From: a virus
Taxonomy: Duplodnaviria > Caudoviricetes
Length of the DNA: 56,069 nucleotides
Reading direction: 5' to 3' (one strand)
Virus record (IMG/VR): IMGVR_UViG_3300022178_002962
Coordinates: 1 to 56,069 of that record
Shown: piece by piece, positions 26,801 to 36,782 of the stretch
Numbering within the stretch: the first letter of the stretch is position 1
Layout of the letters: each line of letters opens with the position of its first letter
The notes under the pieces: model-generated
Databases searched by the model: none
The model's input: only the letters and a program-made list of their open reading frames with translations
What the model was told of the DNA's origin: nothing
Program-made: the position numbers and the translations under genes

Positions 26801-29800
26801 TGATTTTGTAATAGACCACTATCCAATTGAACTGTATGTTAAAGATGGTTCTGAGAATGGAGACAAAAAGAAAGTTACTGATGTAGCTAGTCTTGATAGT
26901 AGTCGTAGCTCTGAAGAGCAAATAAAAAGATATAAGGAAAGTACTAGACCTGAAAGATCTGCAATACTTAACGCATTGCTACAAGGCAAGGAGCCAATAT
27001 CTGTTATCACTCACTCTGGTGGGGGACAATTACAAACTGAAAAGAACTCTGATGGATCTAAAGCTGTTAATGGCATTAGAGAAGTTGAGCAATTCAGTGA
27101 TCCTGAATCTGAAGTAACAGTAATGTACACCAATGAAAGAGGTGAACTTATGCAGAGTGATAAGAAGGATTTACAGCCTGAGTTCCTCGGAACAACATTC
27201 AGTGCAGGTAAAGATGATTCAGATAATAACAGACCTTATTCTGGTGGTGTATTTATTATGGTAAAGAAAGCTGATGGTACTCCTTTCCCAGTCAAAGTTA
27301 ACAACCTCAAAAATACACAAGGTCAAGCAGAAGTTCTTGCTGATCTATTGTTGGGTATAGCAATTCCTCCCGGAGTCAAAGATCCTTCTACAGGTAAGTA
27401 TCCTACTAGAGAGCTCTCAATGAAGGAGACACGTATAAATGAATTGCCTCAAGAATTACAAGATAGAGTTAGAGCAGAGTTTGCTCCTGAAATTGAGATG
27501 ATAGGAGATAGTGCTACACTGTCAGAACTATTAGGTAATGTTACTTTTCTTAGTGACAAGACTGAAGGCATGACTACGTCTTTAATGTTCAAAGGAGTTA
27601 GATTAAGTTTTGGTGCTACGGGCAACGAGATTACTCCAGAGAACATGAGTGAGGACAAAAGAGATGAGTTAGTTGAATTCCTTAGGGATGTAAAAGCTAG
27701 ACCATTTAGTTTAGAGAGATGGAACAATACAAAGAAATATAAAGGCTACAGAAACTATGTTCTTGAAAACAAGATCATAAATACTGATATGGTTACAGAA
27801 GGGCCATTGTTTAAGTCTTCTGACCCAGGCCTTGATGGAAAGGTAGAAAGAAGGGTTCAGATATATGTTGAGCCACTAGCTCCAAAGACTAGTGAGGAAT
27901 CTAAAAAAGGAAAGAACTTAGCAGAAATAAAAGAGAGCACAACTAGTGATGACTTAGTTGATGACCCTACTGCATCTGCACCATCGTTTAGTGTTGAAGC
28001 TAACAAAGAGATAGCTGACAAGTTTCCAGAAATGAATTACCACTTTGGTATTCATAATGGAAACAAGACTGTATTTGGTGTTGTTATTCCTGATGCAGAT
28101 CTTAAAGCACTTAAAGAAATAAAAGAAAAATACGAGGCTAAAGGTAAGCAGGTTATATCAGAAACTAAAACTTCTGACAAGTCTGCTCAGCTTGCAGACC
28201 ACATGAAAGAAGGTGGAAGTACTTTTACTCCAGATGGAAAGAACTTGAGAGGAACAGAAGGATTTTCCGTATCTACTCATTTAGATTTAACAAAAAGTAT
28301 TCCGGGGAATAACCTAACAGAAAAAGATATTGCAGACTTCATAGAGAAGAATAAAATACTTCTTGGTGTTGACCCTTCGCTGTCAATTGGTACATGGTAC
28401 AATGAGAAAACTAACACAACAATGATTGATGTAGTTAGTATTGAACCTGACCTTGATACAGCAATAGCTCTTGGTAAGAAGCATAATCAAATTGCAATAT
28501 ATAGCCTAAGTGCAGGACACGCTATTAATACAGGAGGAACAGGAAAAGTTGTAAAGCCTGTACCTAAGAAAAAGGATAGTATTCAAAAAATGGTGGACGA
28601 AAGATCCAAAAGGTTTATGGATCTTGTACAAGACGATACATTTGCTGTAGAAGATAAGATAAAGGCCTTGAATAAAATGATGAATACTTTGGCACATTCT
28701 GCACCTTACGGCGTAACTGCTGACTTCGAAACATTATCTATGTTGGCCAAGATTACTGAACTTGGTGAATCTCTTGGATACCAATTAAAGTCTCAGATAG
28801 GTAGGGAATTAAGTAAAAACGAAGTTTACAGTGTTGGCTGGGAAAGATCTAGTGACAATGTACCTGCTGGAGTACAAATTATTAGTAACATAGTTACTCC
28901 TGAAAAAAGAGATCCTAATACTGATAAAATTATAACTAATGGAAAGTATGATATAATAACAGGTACAGGTACTAATCCAGTAAGAGAAGGGTTGCAGAAG
29001 AATATTGAAGTAGCAGAAGATGCTTTGCTTGACAACCCTGGCAATATGGAAGAGAACATAGATGCATTTAGAAAAGCACAAGATGCTCTTCAAGAATATG
29101 ATCTAGTAGAATATCCAGAAAGCAATAGAATGGCAAGGGATACTAACGACAGTGCTCCAACACAAACTAACGAAGTTCTTGTTGATGAATCCTTGGATGT
29201 AGAGTTTGAGGATACCATGCAGGCAGAGCTTGAAGAAGCTAAGGAACAATTGAGCTTTTCTCTTGATCGTTTAAAAGAAACAGAAAGTAAGTTAGACGTA
29301 GCTACATACAGAATGCAGAAGCGTGCAGCAGAGGCAAGATACATGGAGAAGGTTTCTGACATAAGATCTAAGTATTCTATAGAGAAAGCACAACCTAAGG
29401 CTAATGTTGAGAATGCTAAGCCTGAAGAGAAGACTCCAGAGATGAATGAGATTGAGACTAAAGATTCTAACGTACAGTTCAGTCTATTCGATAATACTTG
29501 GGACACAGTTGTTGATGGCGAAGTAGTAGCTTCTGGTGTTACAAAAGAAGAAGCTGTAGAAAAAGCTAATGATCACAAGGAAACTTCTGAGAAGATAGAG
29601 AAGAAAGAAACAAATGTTACTCATACTGTTAATGGAAGGTCTCAGACATATTCTGTTAAGAATGGTGTTATCACTAACAGCAAAGGCAAAGAAGTCTTCG
29701 CTAAGAATGGTAAGAACAGAACAGCTATATTAGAGTCAGCAGAAAATAACATTGAGAAGTTAGAGAAGTCTTTAGAACCTGTTCTTCCTTTAGAACTAAC

Positions 29801-30203
29801 TGACCAGGAATGGCAAGATTTCATCGCTAAAGGATCTGTTACTGATACAAGGTTAAGAGCTTTAAAAGCAAAAGAAGAATCTGGAGCTGTTATGGACTTA
29901 AGAGAGAATACTATTCTTGAATCATATGTAGATAGAATCAATGAAGCCAAAGGAAATGTATCAGAAAATGGTGATACTAAAATTAGTAAAGCTAATAAAA
30001 AAGCAGTATCTTCACAGACTGAAGGAAGTACAGGTTCAAAACTGCACTCCACAGAAGTATCTATTAATACCGATGGTATAGTAGTTAATAGAAAAAGAAG
30101 AAAAGGTAAACAAGAAAAGATAAAAGGTCAAGAGTCTACACCTCCAACAACAGAACAGATACAAGGAATTAAGGAGGAAGGAAAAGAGGATACAACCTGC
30201 TAA
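23883..30203 (+). CDS. Giant virion protein 1 (RNAP-associated ejected protein, polyvalent)
   Basis: 2106 aa; N-terminal amphipathic/hydrophobic Gly-Ala segments and SEALEEGYQ, long coiled coils, variable C-terminal modules; first of three giant ORFs. Confidence 0.7.
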   Translation: MINNGEVNDQDIEELLDDSMVVVEGDRFEDDIDKQSLSDSEFDELQEADYDMTGSAFWRPSVEVGDTGYGNSQWDDGATVDEVTREGGLAKRRGLLQPWTDQAMNAIGQAVVAEGIGGIIEGAGYLMDWEGIYNIVNGKEKEYSNWLSDLGSALKEKVQENTAIYERSPGKIDMFDSGFWFKNAVSVASTLSIMIPGMAGAKLAKYAGKFLAKTVAKGVNKGAKLLGKGHIAADAAKNGVQLGVKTAWATDGVTQAIVSRHIENTMEAHGTMEGIVQDRLSSGAINKETGKPYTEEEARAEGAVAAAENYKLGWAMLGQDMFQYLSIGKVFNPVTKQMVLANRFQKAGSRIGKKTKKALSIGKSFASEALEEGYQSIISTNAALKVDYEAGLISESELYEARRGMFTSDEMKTSMLFGGLGGSFFDFAGPKFNDLMKSKSRKELEENAENWRKMNFKDQFNFYSALHKKKQAAETAGDKAGRQMSQDSVLSAMIIDGIDNNNLEEVMEGILAGKDMTPEQKAQFEAEHGGEWSQELAEEGATRALEMSKKIQEMHFKTRSKKSNKGVPESIMKAQTMAEFQSENLTKEQERLGKESQEIFDNIKFDENNKPTQEWLEYNKTNLDVAGQDVYINVLKKLQSEAKGKDKDLITEQLKVARAQKRKLKRDFKAQETAKKEAAKRIAAEQKIQDKEATKNMTPAQKKKYMAEKVEEVEAQAIVDKNNKEAYASAEQSILTNSVEQKINGLKITMNNSKMAILSSKEHAVEVKKDNNSRVVASLKTQEEVEKFAKMIEKDSFIGSEYSEEERKELEAQLVARSTQIKKKIEDDKVIEENKEAAAELAKKTKEKNEDITIPDNNVNNEVTNILEDQHKDEEIQTEEKVTVKEEQTLEIQTGNGKSVAPLDNSQGTLKAYKNWLLDGTKKIGQIVGYRVAKRGPHKNPKSRSTSKAYQAIVEFGAAMREFQKTGVMPQLSDFVIDHYPIELYVKDGSENGDKKKVTDVASLDSSRSSEEQIKRYKESTRPERSAILNALLQGKEPISVITHSGGGQLQTEKNSDGSKAVNGIREVEQFSDPESEVTVMYTNERGELMQSDKKDLQPEFLGTTFSAGKDDSDNNRPYSGGVFIMVKKADGTPFPVKVNNLKNTQGQAEVLADLLLGIAIPPGVKDPSTGKYPTRELSMKETRINELPQELQDRVRAEFAPEIEMIGDSATLSELLGNVTFLSDKTEGMTTSLMFKGVRLSFGATGNEITPENMSEDKRDELVEFLRDVKARPFSLERWNNTKKYKGYRNYVLENKIINTDMVTEGPLFKSSDPGLDGKVERRVQIYVEPLAPKTSEESKKGKNLAEIKESTTSDDLVDDPTASAPSFSVEANKEIADKFPEMNYHFGIHNGNKTVFGVVIPDADLKALKEIKEKYEAKGKQVISETKTSDKSAQLADHMKEGGSTFTPDGKNLRGTEGFSVSTHLDLTKSIPGNNLTEKDIADFIEKNKILLGVDPSLSIGTWYNEKTNTTMIDVVSIEPDLDTAIALGKKHNQIAIYSLSAGHAINTGGTGKVVKPVPKKKDSIQKMVDERSKRFMDLVQDDTFAVEDKIKALNKMMNTLAHSAPYGVTADFETLSMLAKITELGESLGYQLKSQIGRELSKNEVYSVGWERSSDNVPAGVQIISNIVTPEKRDPNTDKIITNGKYDIITGTGTNPVREGLQKNIEVAEDALLDNPGNMEENIDAFRKAQDALQEYDLVEYPESNRMARDTNDSAPTQTNEVLVDESLDVEFEDTMQAELEEAKEQLSFSLDRLKETESKLDVATYRMQKRAAEARYMEKVSDIRSKYSIEKAQPKANVENAKPEEKTPEMNEIETKDSNVQFSLFDNTWDTVVDGEVVASGVTKEEAVEKANDHKETSEKIEKKETNVTHTVNGRSQTYSVKNGVITNSKGKEVFAKNGKNRTAILESAENNIEKLEKSLEPVLPLELTDQEWQDFIAKGSVTDTRLRALKAKEESGAVMDLRENTILESYVDRINEAKGNVSENGDTKISKANKKAVSSQTEGSTGSKLHSTEVSINTDGIVVNRKRRKGKQEKIKGQESTPPTTEQIQGIKEEGKEDTTC

Positions 30204-30217
30204 TAAACAAATAAAAT

Positions 30218-33200
30218 ATGAGTACATGTAGCATTTTAAATCTTGAGAAGGAACCGTCAAAATTATACGACCAACTTCTCGAGATTTTTGGTAACGAGAT
30301 GGATGCCAAAGTTGAGTACAGAAAAGTTATAGGCCCAACATTCGCTAAAACATTTGGTGATTGGGAATACAACTATAAGAACCCAAACAAGGCTCAAAAA
30401 GAGACTGGCCCTATGGATAAGTCTGAGCCAAAGTTATTTCATGACAAGGTAAATGACTTGCATTTCTTTAAAGATAAAGACATGAACAAGATCTTTATCA
30501 ATAAGATGAAGTTCTCCGACATGGATCCATCGGATGTGAAAGATGTGGTTGGTATTATATTCAGCAGATTTGCAAAAGAAAATGAGAGAGTAAATCTTGG
30601 CGACTGGTCTCCTACAAAAACTAACTCAGGTATGATACTGGATTCTATAGACAGAACTATCAGTGACCTGCGTATTGAAATTGCTAAATCTGACAGAACT
30701 CAAGAAGAAAAACAAGTATTACTAGAGAGAGTTGATAAGGTAGAAAAGAATAGGCTAGCATTCAGAAGTGAATTGATAGTATCTATTTCTTCTTTAGGAA
30801 TCAAGGTTCGTGAAAGAATTCTTAACGAAGATGGTACTCAAGCAGATGAGGTGCCTATGGATGAAAGAGGCGGAGGATTAAACATTAAAGAATCTTTAGA
30901 GAGCAGTAGTAAAGACTCTGCTAGTGTAAAGACAAAGATATGGTTGTCTCAAATTGAAAGAAGAAAGAAGGAGAATGGTATGTCTGTTCCAATAAAAGAT
31001 GGTTATTTAGAAACTGAATCTTTTGCTGAGTTCGAAGATGTATGGAACACACTTAATAAAGTATTGATTGACACTGTAGGATACGGTGAGGGAAAGAACA
31101 CAATTGATTTGTTTGAGATTATGTTAGACAGGTTAAAAGTATTTGCTGACACCAAGCCATTCCTTAATGATGTTATAGATAAACTAGAGACAGCAAAGAA
31201 AGAAGGTAATACTCAGATGATTAATGAGTTTACTCAAGCATTCAACAAGACTAGCATGAACTATTACGTTACAAAGTTTGATAAAGATAACTATCAAGTA
31301 TTTAACGCAACAGAATCTGGTAGTAGAAGACTTCAGATAACTAATCAGTGGATGAATCAATTCACTGCTGAATGGTTAGATAAGAATGGTAACCTTGATA
31401 ACCCGTCAGATCTTGACACACTTAAGGATATAGCTCAGGAAATAGCTGACCTAAAGAAAAAATGGGGTGATATTGTTAAGGATGCAGGAACTAATACTGA
31501 TTCTGCAGGTTGGATGGAGACTATGGGTGGTCAAGAGGCAGGTCAAATATACGCACATTTTCTAGAAATAATGGACGAGATGGGTGCTAAGGGAATTCAA
31601 AATGAAGACTTAAGCATGTTGGTGGCCATGAATGGAGGTAAGAGAAACCACACTAAGACTATAACTAGATTAATGAATAAGATGCAGTATGCTGTTGAGC
31701 AATTGGCCAATAGTGTTGATCCAACTGGAGCTGGAGTATTTGTTGCTAAAGATTCAGATGGTAATGTACCAAACATATTTAAAAGAGAAAGCACTATATT
31801 ACAATTAGCTGAAGCTGTTGGTTTCAGAGAAGTAAACATGTCTGAGACTACAGTATTACTTACACAGGGTAAGACAGGATACGCTATATCTAATCCAACT
31901 TATGTTTCTAATACAGTTAATACCTGGAAACAAGAAGCTCAGAATAGATTAGATGTATTCGAAAAGACTGGAGAGGAAGTAAATACGACCCTTAGCAAAA
32001 TGGGTGACCAATCTGATAAGAAAAATTCTCAGTGGATAAACCACTTGCTAGCAAAAGGTGAAGGGTTAAGTAAGAAGGAAAGACTTGTAGCCTCTAATGA
32101 AAGAATACAGCAATTGATAGTTGCTATGGACTCATCTTTTTCTAGAAAAGGAAGAGACGGAGTTTCAAATGTAGATATAACAGTGAATGATAACATCAAT
32201 GCAAACATTGCACAGATGTTAAATTCAGTATTAGGGGACAATAGAAAATCCGTATTCCCTACCATAATAGCAGCAGACAAATCAAGAAGGATTCTATTTG
32301 AAGGATTTGATACTCAAGAGTATGACTTTAGTCCAATAAAGAATCCTGACGGAACTTTAAGTGGTAAGCAGAATATTCCTGATGATGCAATAGAAGTTGC
32401 TATGGGGTACTTTAAAGATGAGTATACTAGAATGCGTAGAGTTAACAGAGAGAATGAAAATCTTCCTGCTAATAAGCAAGTAGTGCACTATCACGGAGTA
32501 GATGGTAACGGAACTAAGTCTCAGATATTTCCTGAACTAAGTAGAGAAAACACAGACCCAGCATTCCAAGAATTCAGAGATGTATTCTATGCAGTGGACA
32601 CATTCAAAGATCCAACTCACGAAGGATTAACTGGTAAGCAAGAAGAAATATTAAAGAAATTTATCAAGGCCTCTATTGAGGAGAGAGTGTTAGAGCACTC
32701 ACAAAAACTCAAGAACCTTACCGGGCTTAGTGTAGACTTAACTACCTATTTTGGCTCAAAGCAAAACCTTGCGGGTAACTATTTTATGAATGGATTAATA
32801 TCTTCTGTTGAGTATACTAAACTATTCTCAGGAGATCCTGCATACTATAAGAACACAGCAGACTTACTTAAGAGAATGCCTGCTACATATACTGATGGTT
32901 TGCAATTGAGATTAAATAGCGGAGACTCTTTAATATTTAATCAAGCAACAGTAGAAGGTGTTGAGGTAGCGTCTAGATATGTTGATAAAATTAGAAAATC
33001 ATTAACTGACAAATCTATTGCCAAGGCATACGACAGAGTTAACACTACGGATGCACAAGCTTGGATTACTCCACGTAGATGGAAATTTCTTAAAGAGAAA
33101 CTAGGACAATGGAGTGATGCTCACGAAGCTGTATTCCAGAAGATGATGGTTGGCCAGACTCTTGGTACAAAAGAAGCTAAGCTTGCAGCACAACCACTTA

Positions 33201-36200
33201 AGGGTGTGTATTATGAGATAAATGACGGAAGACCTGTATACTTAAAGTATTCACAGATGGTAATAATGCCTCACCTTGCAAAGGGTACTCCTATGCAGGC
33301 TCTATATGAGAAAATGACGCAAGATGCAAATGGTAAACCTATTCCTGATTCTGAAGCACAGAATGAGATACATGAGGTTATTACAATTGACGGCGTAAAA
33401 GTAGGAGCAGTTGCACCTACACCTATTCATAAGGATGGCACAACTGAGATGTTAGCCAAGAAAGATATAAAGCTTAATACAGTTAGATTAAGTAACAGGG
33501 GTTGGAAACTACAACAGGATCTACCTATTAAGAGAATGCACGATACTAATGTAGGTTCTCAAGTACAAAAGAATATATTTGAAGGCCTTAGAGTAAATGG
33601 TAACTACGCATACGGAAAGGGAATGGATGGTAGAGAAATAGCTGCAGCAATGCACGAGACTGTTTCTAAGTTATCTGATATTGGTAGAAAAAAAGTAGAA
33701 GAAAAGTTTGGTATAGTTGATGAAAGAATGACTGACCAATCTCTTTTGCGTGACGCACTTATAGAAGAGTTCAAAGATAGAGGAGGAAATGATAATGTAG
33801 TTGAAGCACTTCAAAAAAATGTTCCATTTGATGCAATACCACAACTTAAGGGTAAGGTAGAAAGCATACTAATGTCTATGATGTCTAGAGAAATTATGAA
33901 AATTTCTACTAGCGGGGGTTCTTTTATTCAAGTATCTCCTTTTGGATTAGAAACAATTGGAGAAGACTCAGGAATTATTCCTTTGTCTGATGCGTTTAAA
34001 AAGGAGGGAGCACTTCTTCCTCCACGTATAGACGAGAAGACTGGTAAAGTATTACCTGGCCAAGCAATGATTCCGCACTCACAGGCTGTTGAATTATTAA
34101 AAAAGCACGGCGTAGATTTCGCTGAGATAGGAGTTAAATCTGCTATGCAGACTTTAGATCCTTCAGCATTAGAACTGATTACTTATCGTATTCCTAACCA
34201 AGGAATGTCTTCTAATGATTACTTAGAGATTGTAGGTATATTACCTGACGGTATGGGTGACAGTATAGTTGTATACGATGGACTACCTGCTAAGACTGGT
34301 AGTGATTTTGATATTGACAAACTATACGCTATGAACAACCACGTTGTTTATGAGCCTGATACTGGAAAAGTAACTAAGCTTACAGAAGAGAACAGACATT
34401 TAGCTGAGAAGAGACCAGCAAGATATAGAAATGGAAAGTTGGTTCCCGCAGAAATGTACACTGAAGAAGAGATAGATAAGATGTTATTAGAGAATCAACT
34501 TGTAGCTCAGTATAAGGCTGTACTTAATTCTCCTGACACTTATGATAATATGATGAGGTCTATTGATGGAGCTCAGCTAAAGGATGATATCGTAGGAGTA
34601 AAAAATAAAGAGACCGGCGAATTCGAAGGAGGATTATTTCCTGCTAAAAAATACAAGAACATGGAATTGTTCTCGCCTATTGCTCAGCTAGAAGCTAAGC
34701 GTGCTTACCTTGCTGGTAAGTTTGGTGTAGCACAAACAGCTAACCAGATAGTTGATCACTCTATGAACCAAATGATTGATGTTCGCCTCGGTGAATACCT
34801 TGGTGTTGGTAACAAAAGAATAGATAAGATTAACGGAAAGAATAAAGCTATAACTTACTTTGATTCAGCTACACTGGATGTAAATGCTATTGCTGATAAC
34901 TTATCTGCATTCCTTAATGCGTATGTTGATATCGCAAAGGATCCGTATATATCTAGAGGTAACCACAATGCATTAACTGCAGGTACTACTTTTATGTTAT
35001 TGAGAGCAGGTACTCCTATTAAGTGGGTAAACAGATTTATTGGTCAGCCAATAATTAGAGATCTTGTAGCTCTTCAATTAGAACAGGAGGCTTTAACAGC
35101 AAAAGGTCTTGAGAGGAAAGGCGGAGTAAGTATTAGCCCTATTGATGCTGTTATGGATAAGTACGAAATAAGAGATTACGATAAGAAAGCAAATGGAAAT
35201 GATGTACAAAGACTTACCGAAGAAACTTTAGAACAAGCCATAAGAAATGAACAAGATCCTGCTAACGGCAAGGATTTACCAATTGACCATCATAGAGATG
35301 TATTGTCTGCTTACATGTTTCTTAAAGACAAAGCAAAGCACTTTAGTGCAGGAGTTACTGCAGCTAAAGCTGATACAAATGGGCCTGGTGGAAGTAATGT
35401 AGATAGACTTATTAATGAAAACAGAGTTGAAAAAGTTCTTAGCGATGGAATATTGATTGGTTGGGAAGAAAAGTTAAACAACACAATGCTCAAGACTTAT
35501 TTAGAAAATGGTAACCTTTGGGTCGGTAGAGTTATAAGTAATAGTGATTTATTCTGGTCAGGAAACGCAACAATACAAGGTATGTTTAATAAGGTTTCTG
35601 AAGTTACAGGTAATGATAGACTATTAATAGATCCAGATTTAGGTAGAACAATTGAAAATAACCTTTACACATATATGATGTCAGGTACTCAATTGTTTAA
35701 TGACTTATCAGGAGAGTCTAATAGAAGGAATTTCTATAGAATAAACGAGACTGTGCCTAAAATTCTTAATGAAAGAAAAACTGCCTCAGGTAATAAGACA
35801 GGTAATGAATTCTTAAACCAACTTGAAATAGAGTTTAGCAATTCTGGTATTCCAAGAATATCTTTAGACAGTAAAAACAAATCTACTGTTTGGCAGAATG
35901 AAATGTACAGAGGGTGGGCCAAGCTTTATAATACGCATATTCTTGATGAGAATGGTAAGATAACTGATGAGGTACACCCGGATAGACAACTTGCAATTGA
36001 CTTAGTTAAGTATTCGTATTCTAATTCTGGATTCCAGAATAACCTATCACAGTTCTTTACTAGCATCCCCCACCAAATATTAACTGATAACAGGTTAAGC
36101 TTTGAGGTTAGAGATCTATTCAGATCTGGGGACGAGTTAACAGGTGACTTTGATTTTGTTGATCAATTTCAAAGACATATGCACGCTGACAGATCTATAG

Positions 36201-36781
36201 TTAGAAAACTAAAAAGCAATCAAATAAAAGGTGGTAAGGATGTATTCTCTTACAAACCTGCAGAGATTAAGAGTAGAGAGTTTGGTACTGTTAGAATTGT
36301 AAACAAGAAAGAGGTTCGTGTATTTCCTAGATTTGTTACTGCTGAGTTTATGATTAAGAGTAGGGAATTAGCAGAGAAAACTTCAGACTATTTAACTGAA
36401 GACTACTTATATGAGATGATTGGTACTGTATTAAGACCAGATGCTCAATCACCTAATGGTAAGATGAGAGTACCTGTTTATAAAAGAACATTTAAAATGG
36501 GCTCAAAGGATGGTAGATTTAAACAATTTGAGTATATTCGTGGTCAACAAGCCTTAGGATCTTTAGTTAGAGGAAACAATGTTCCGCTTACTGAGCAAGC
36601 TAGGATTAATAAAACGGTCAATGAGACTATGGCGTCAGATAAAACTTTCCGTGATAATGAAAAAGGAAAGATTCCTGCAGACTACTTAAAGAGTGTAGAA
36701 AAAAGAATTGTTTCTGATGCTATGATAATAAAAGATAACCTAGAGCAAGTAATGGCTCTAAGAAATATAAAATGTAAATAG
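30218..36781 (+). CDS. Virion-packaged single-chain two-barrel DNA-dependent RNA polymerase (phi14:2 gp66-like)
   Basis: 2187 aa; catalytic loop TGSDFDIDKLY (DxDxD), preceded by YRIPNQGMSS; also KLFSGDPAYYK, TDAQAWIT, QQDLP and NAYVDIAKDP. Confidence 0.9.
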   Translation: MSTCSILNLEKEPSKLYDQLLEIFGNEMDAKVEYRKVIGPTFAKTFGDWEYNYKNPNKAQKETGPMDKSEPKLFHDKVNDLHFFKDKDMNKIFINKMKFSDMDPSDVKDVVGIIFSRFAKENERVNLGDWSPTKTNSGMILDSIDRTISDLRIEIAKSDRTQEEKQVLLERVDKVEKNRLAFRSELIVSISSLGIKVRERILNEDGTQADEVPMDERGGGLNIKESLESSSKDSASVKTKIWLSQIERRKKENGMSVPIKDGYLETESFAEFEDVWNTLNKVLIDTVGYGEGKNTIDLFEIMLDRLKVFADTKPFLNDVIDKLETAKKEGNTQMINEFTQAFNKTSMNYYVTKFDKDNYQVFNATESGSRRLQITNQWMNQFTAEWLDKNGNLDNPSDLDTLKDIAQEIADLKKKWGDIVKDAGTNTDSAGWMETMGGQEAGQIYAHFLEIMDEMGAKGIQNEDLSMLVAMNGGKRNHTKTITRLMNKMQYAVEQLANSVDPTGAGVFVAKDSDGNVPNIFKRESTILQLAEAVGFREVNMSETTVLLTQGKTGYAISNPTYVSNTVNTWKQEAQNRLDVFEKTGEEVNTTLSKMGDQSDKKNSQWINHLLAKGEGLSKKERLVASNERIQQLIVAMDSSFSRKGRDGVSNVDITVNDNINANIAQMLNSVLGDNRKSVFPTIIAADKSRRILFEGFDTQEYDFSPIKNPDGTLSGKQNIPDDAIEVAMGYFKDEYTRMRRVNRENENLPANKQVVHYHGVDGNGTKSQIFPELSRENTDPAFQEFRDVFYAVDTFKDPTHEGLTGKQEEILKKFIKASIEERVLEHSQKLKNLTGLSVDLTTYFGSKQNLAGNYFMNGLISSVEYTKLFSGDPAYYKNTADLLKRMPATYTDGLQLRLNSGDSLIFNQATVEGVEVASRYVDKIRKSLTDKSIAKAYDRVNTTDAQAWITPRRWKFLKEKLGQWSDAHEAVFQKMMVGQTLGTKEAKLAAQPLKGVYYEINDGRPVYLKYSQMVIMPHLAKGTPMQALYEKMTQDANGKPIPDSEAQNEIHEVITIDGVKVGAVAPTPIHKDGTTEMLAKKDIKLNTVRLSNRGWKLQQDLPIKRMHDTNVGSQVQKNIFEGLRVNGNYAYGKGMDGREIAAAMHETVSKLSDIGRKKVEEKFGIVDERMTDQSLLRDALIEEFKDRGGNDNVVEALQKNVPFDAIPQLKGKVESILMSMMSREIMKISTSGGSFIQVSPFGLETIGEDSGIIPLSDAFKKEGALLPPRIDEKTGKVLPGQAMIPHSQAVELLKKHGVDFAEIGVKSAMQTLDPSALELITYRIPNQGMSSNDYLEIVGILPDGMGDSIVVYDGLPAKTGSDFDIDKLYAMNNHVVYEPDTGKVTKLTEENRHLAEKRPARYRNGKLVPAEMYTEEEIDKMLLENQLVAQYKAVLNSPDTYDNMMRSIDGAQLKDDIVGVKNKETGEFEGGLFPAKKYKNMELFSPIAQLEAKRAYLAGKFGVAQTANQIVDHSMNQMIDVRLGEYLGVGNKRIDKINGKNKAITYFDSATLDVNAIADNLSAFLNAYVDIAKDPYISRGNHNALTAGTTFMLLRAGTPIKWVNRFIGQPIIRDLVALQLEQEALTAKGLERKGGVSISPIDAVMDKYEIRDYDKKANGNDVQRLTEETLEQAIRNEQDPANGKDLPIDHHRDVLSAYMFLKDKAKHFSAGVTAAKADTNGPGGSNVDRLINENRVEKVLSDGILIGWEEKLNNTMLKTYLENGNLWVGRVISNSDLFWSGNATIQGMFNKVSEVTGNDRLLIDPDLGRTIENNLYTYMMSGTQLFNDLSGESNRRNFYRINETVPKILNERKTASGNKTGNEFLNQLEIEFSNSGIPRISLDSKNKSTVWQNEMYRGWAKLYNTHILDENGKITDEVHPDRQLAIDLVKYSYSNSGFQNNLSQFFTSIPHQILTDNRLSFEVRDLFRSGDELTGDFDFVDQFQRHMHADRSIVRKLKSNQIKGGKDVFSYKPAEIKSREFGTVRIVNKKEVRVFPRFVTAEFMIKSRELAEKTSDYLTEDYLYEMIGTVLRPDAQSPNGKMRVPVYKRTFKMGSKDGRFKQFEYIRGQQALGSLVRGNNVPLTEQARINKTVNETMASDKTFRDNEKGKIPADYLKSVEKRIVSDAMIIKDNLEQVMALRNIKCK

Positions 36782-36782
36782 G

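Noticed and set aside
29090-30052. Antisense ORFs of 138 and 136 aa (and the many other 60-95 aa shadow ORFs)
   Set aside because: They lie wholly opposite long, motif-bearing genes and have the Ser/Leu/Phe-rich composition expected from reverse-reading Lys/Glu-rich codons.
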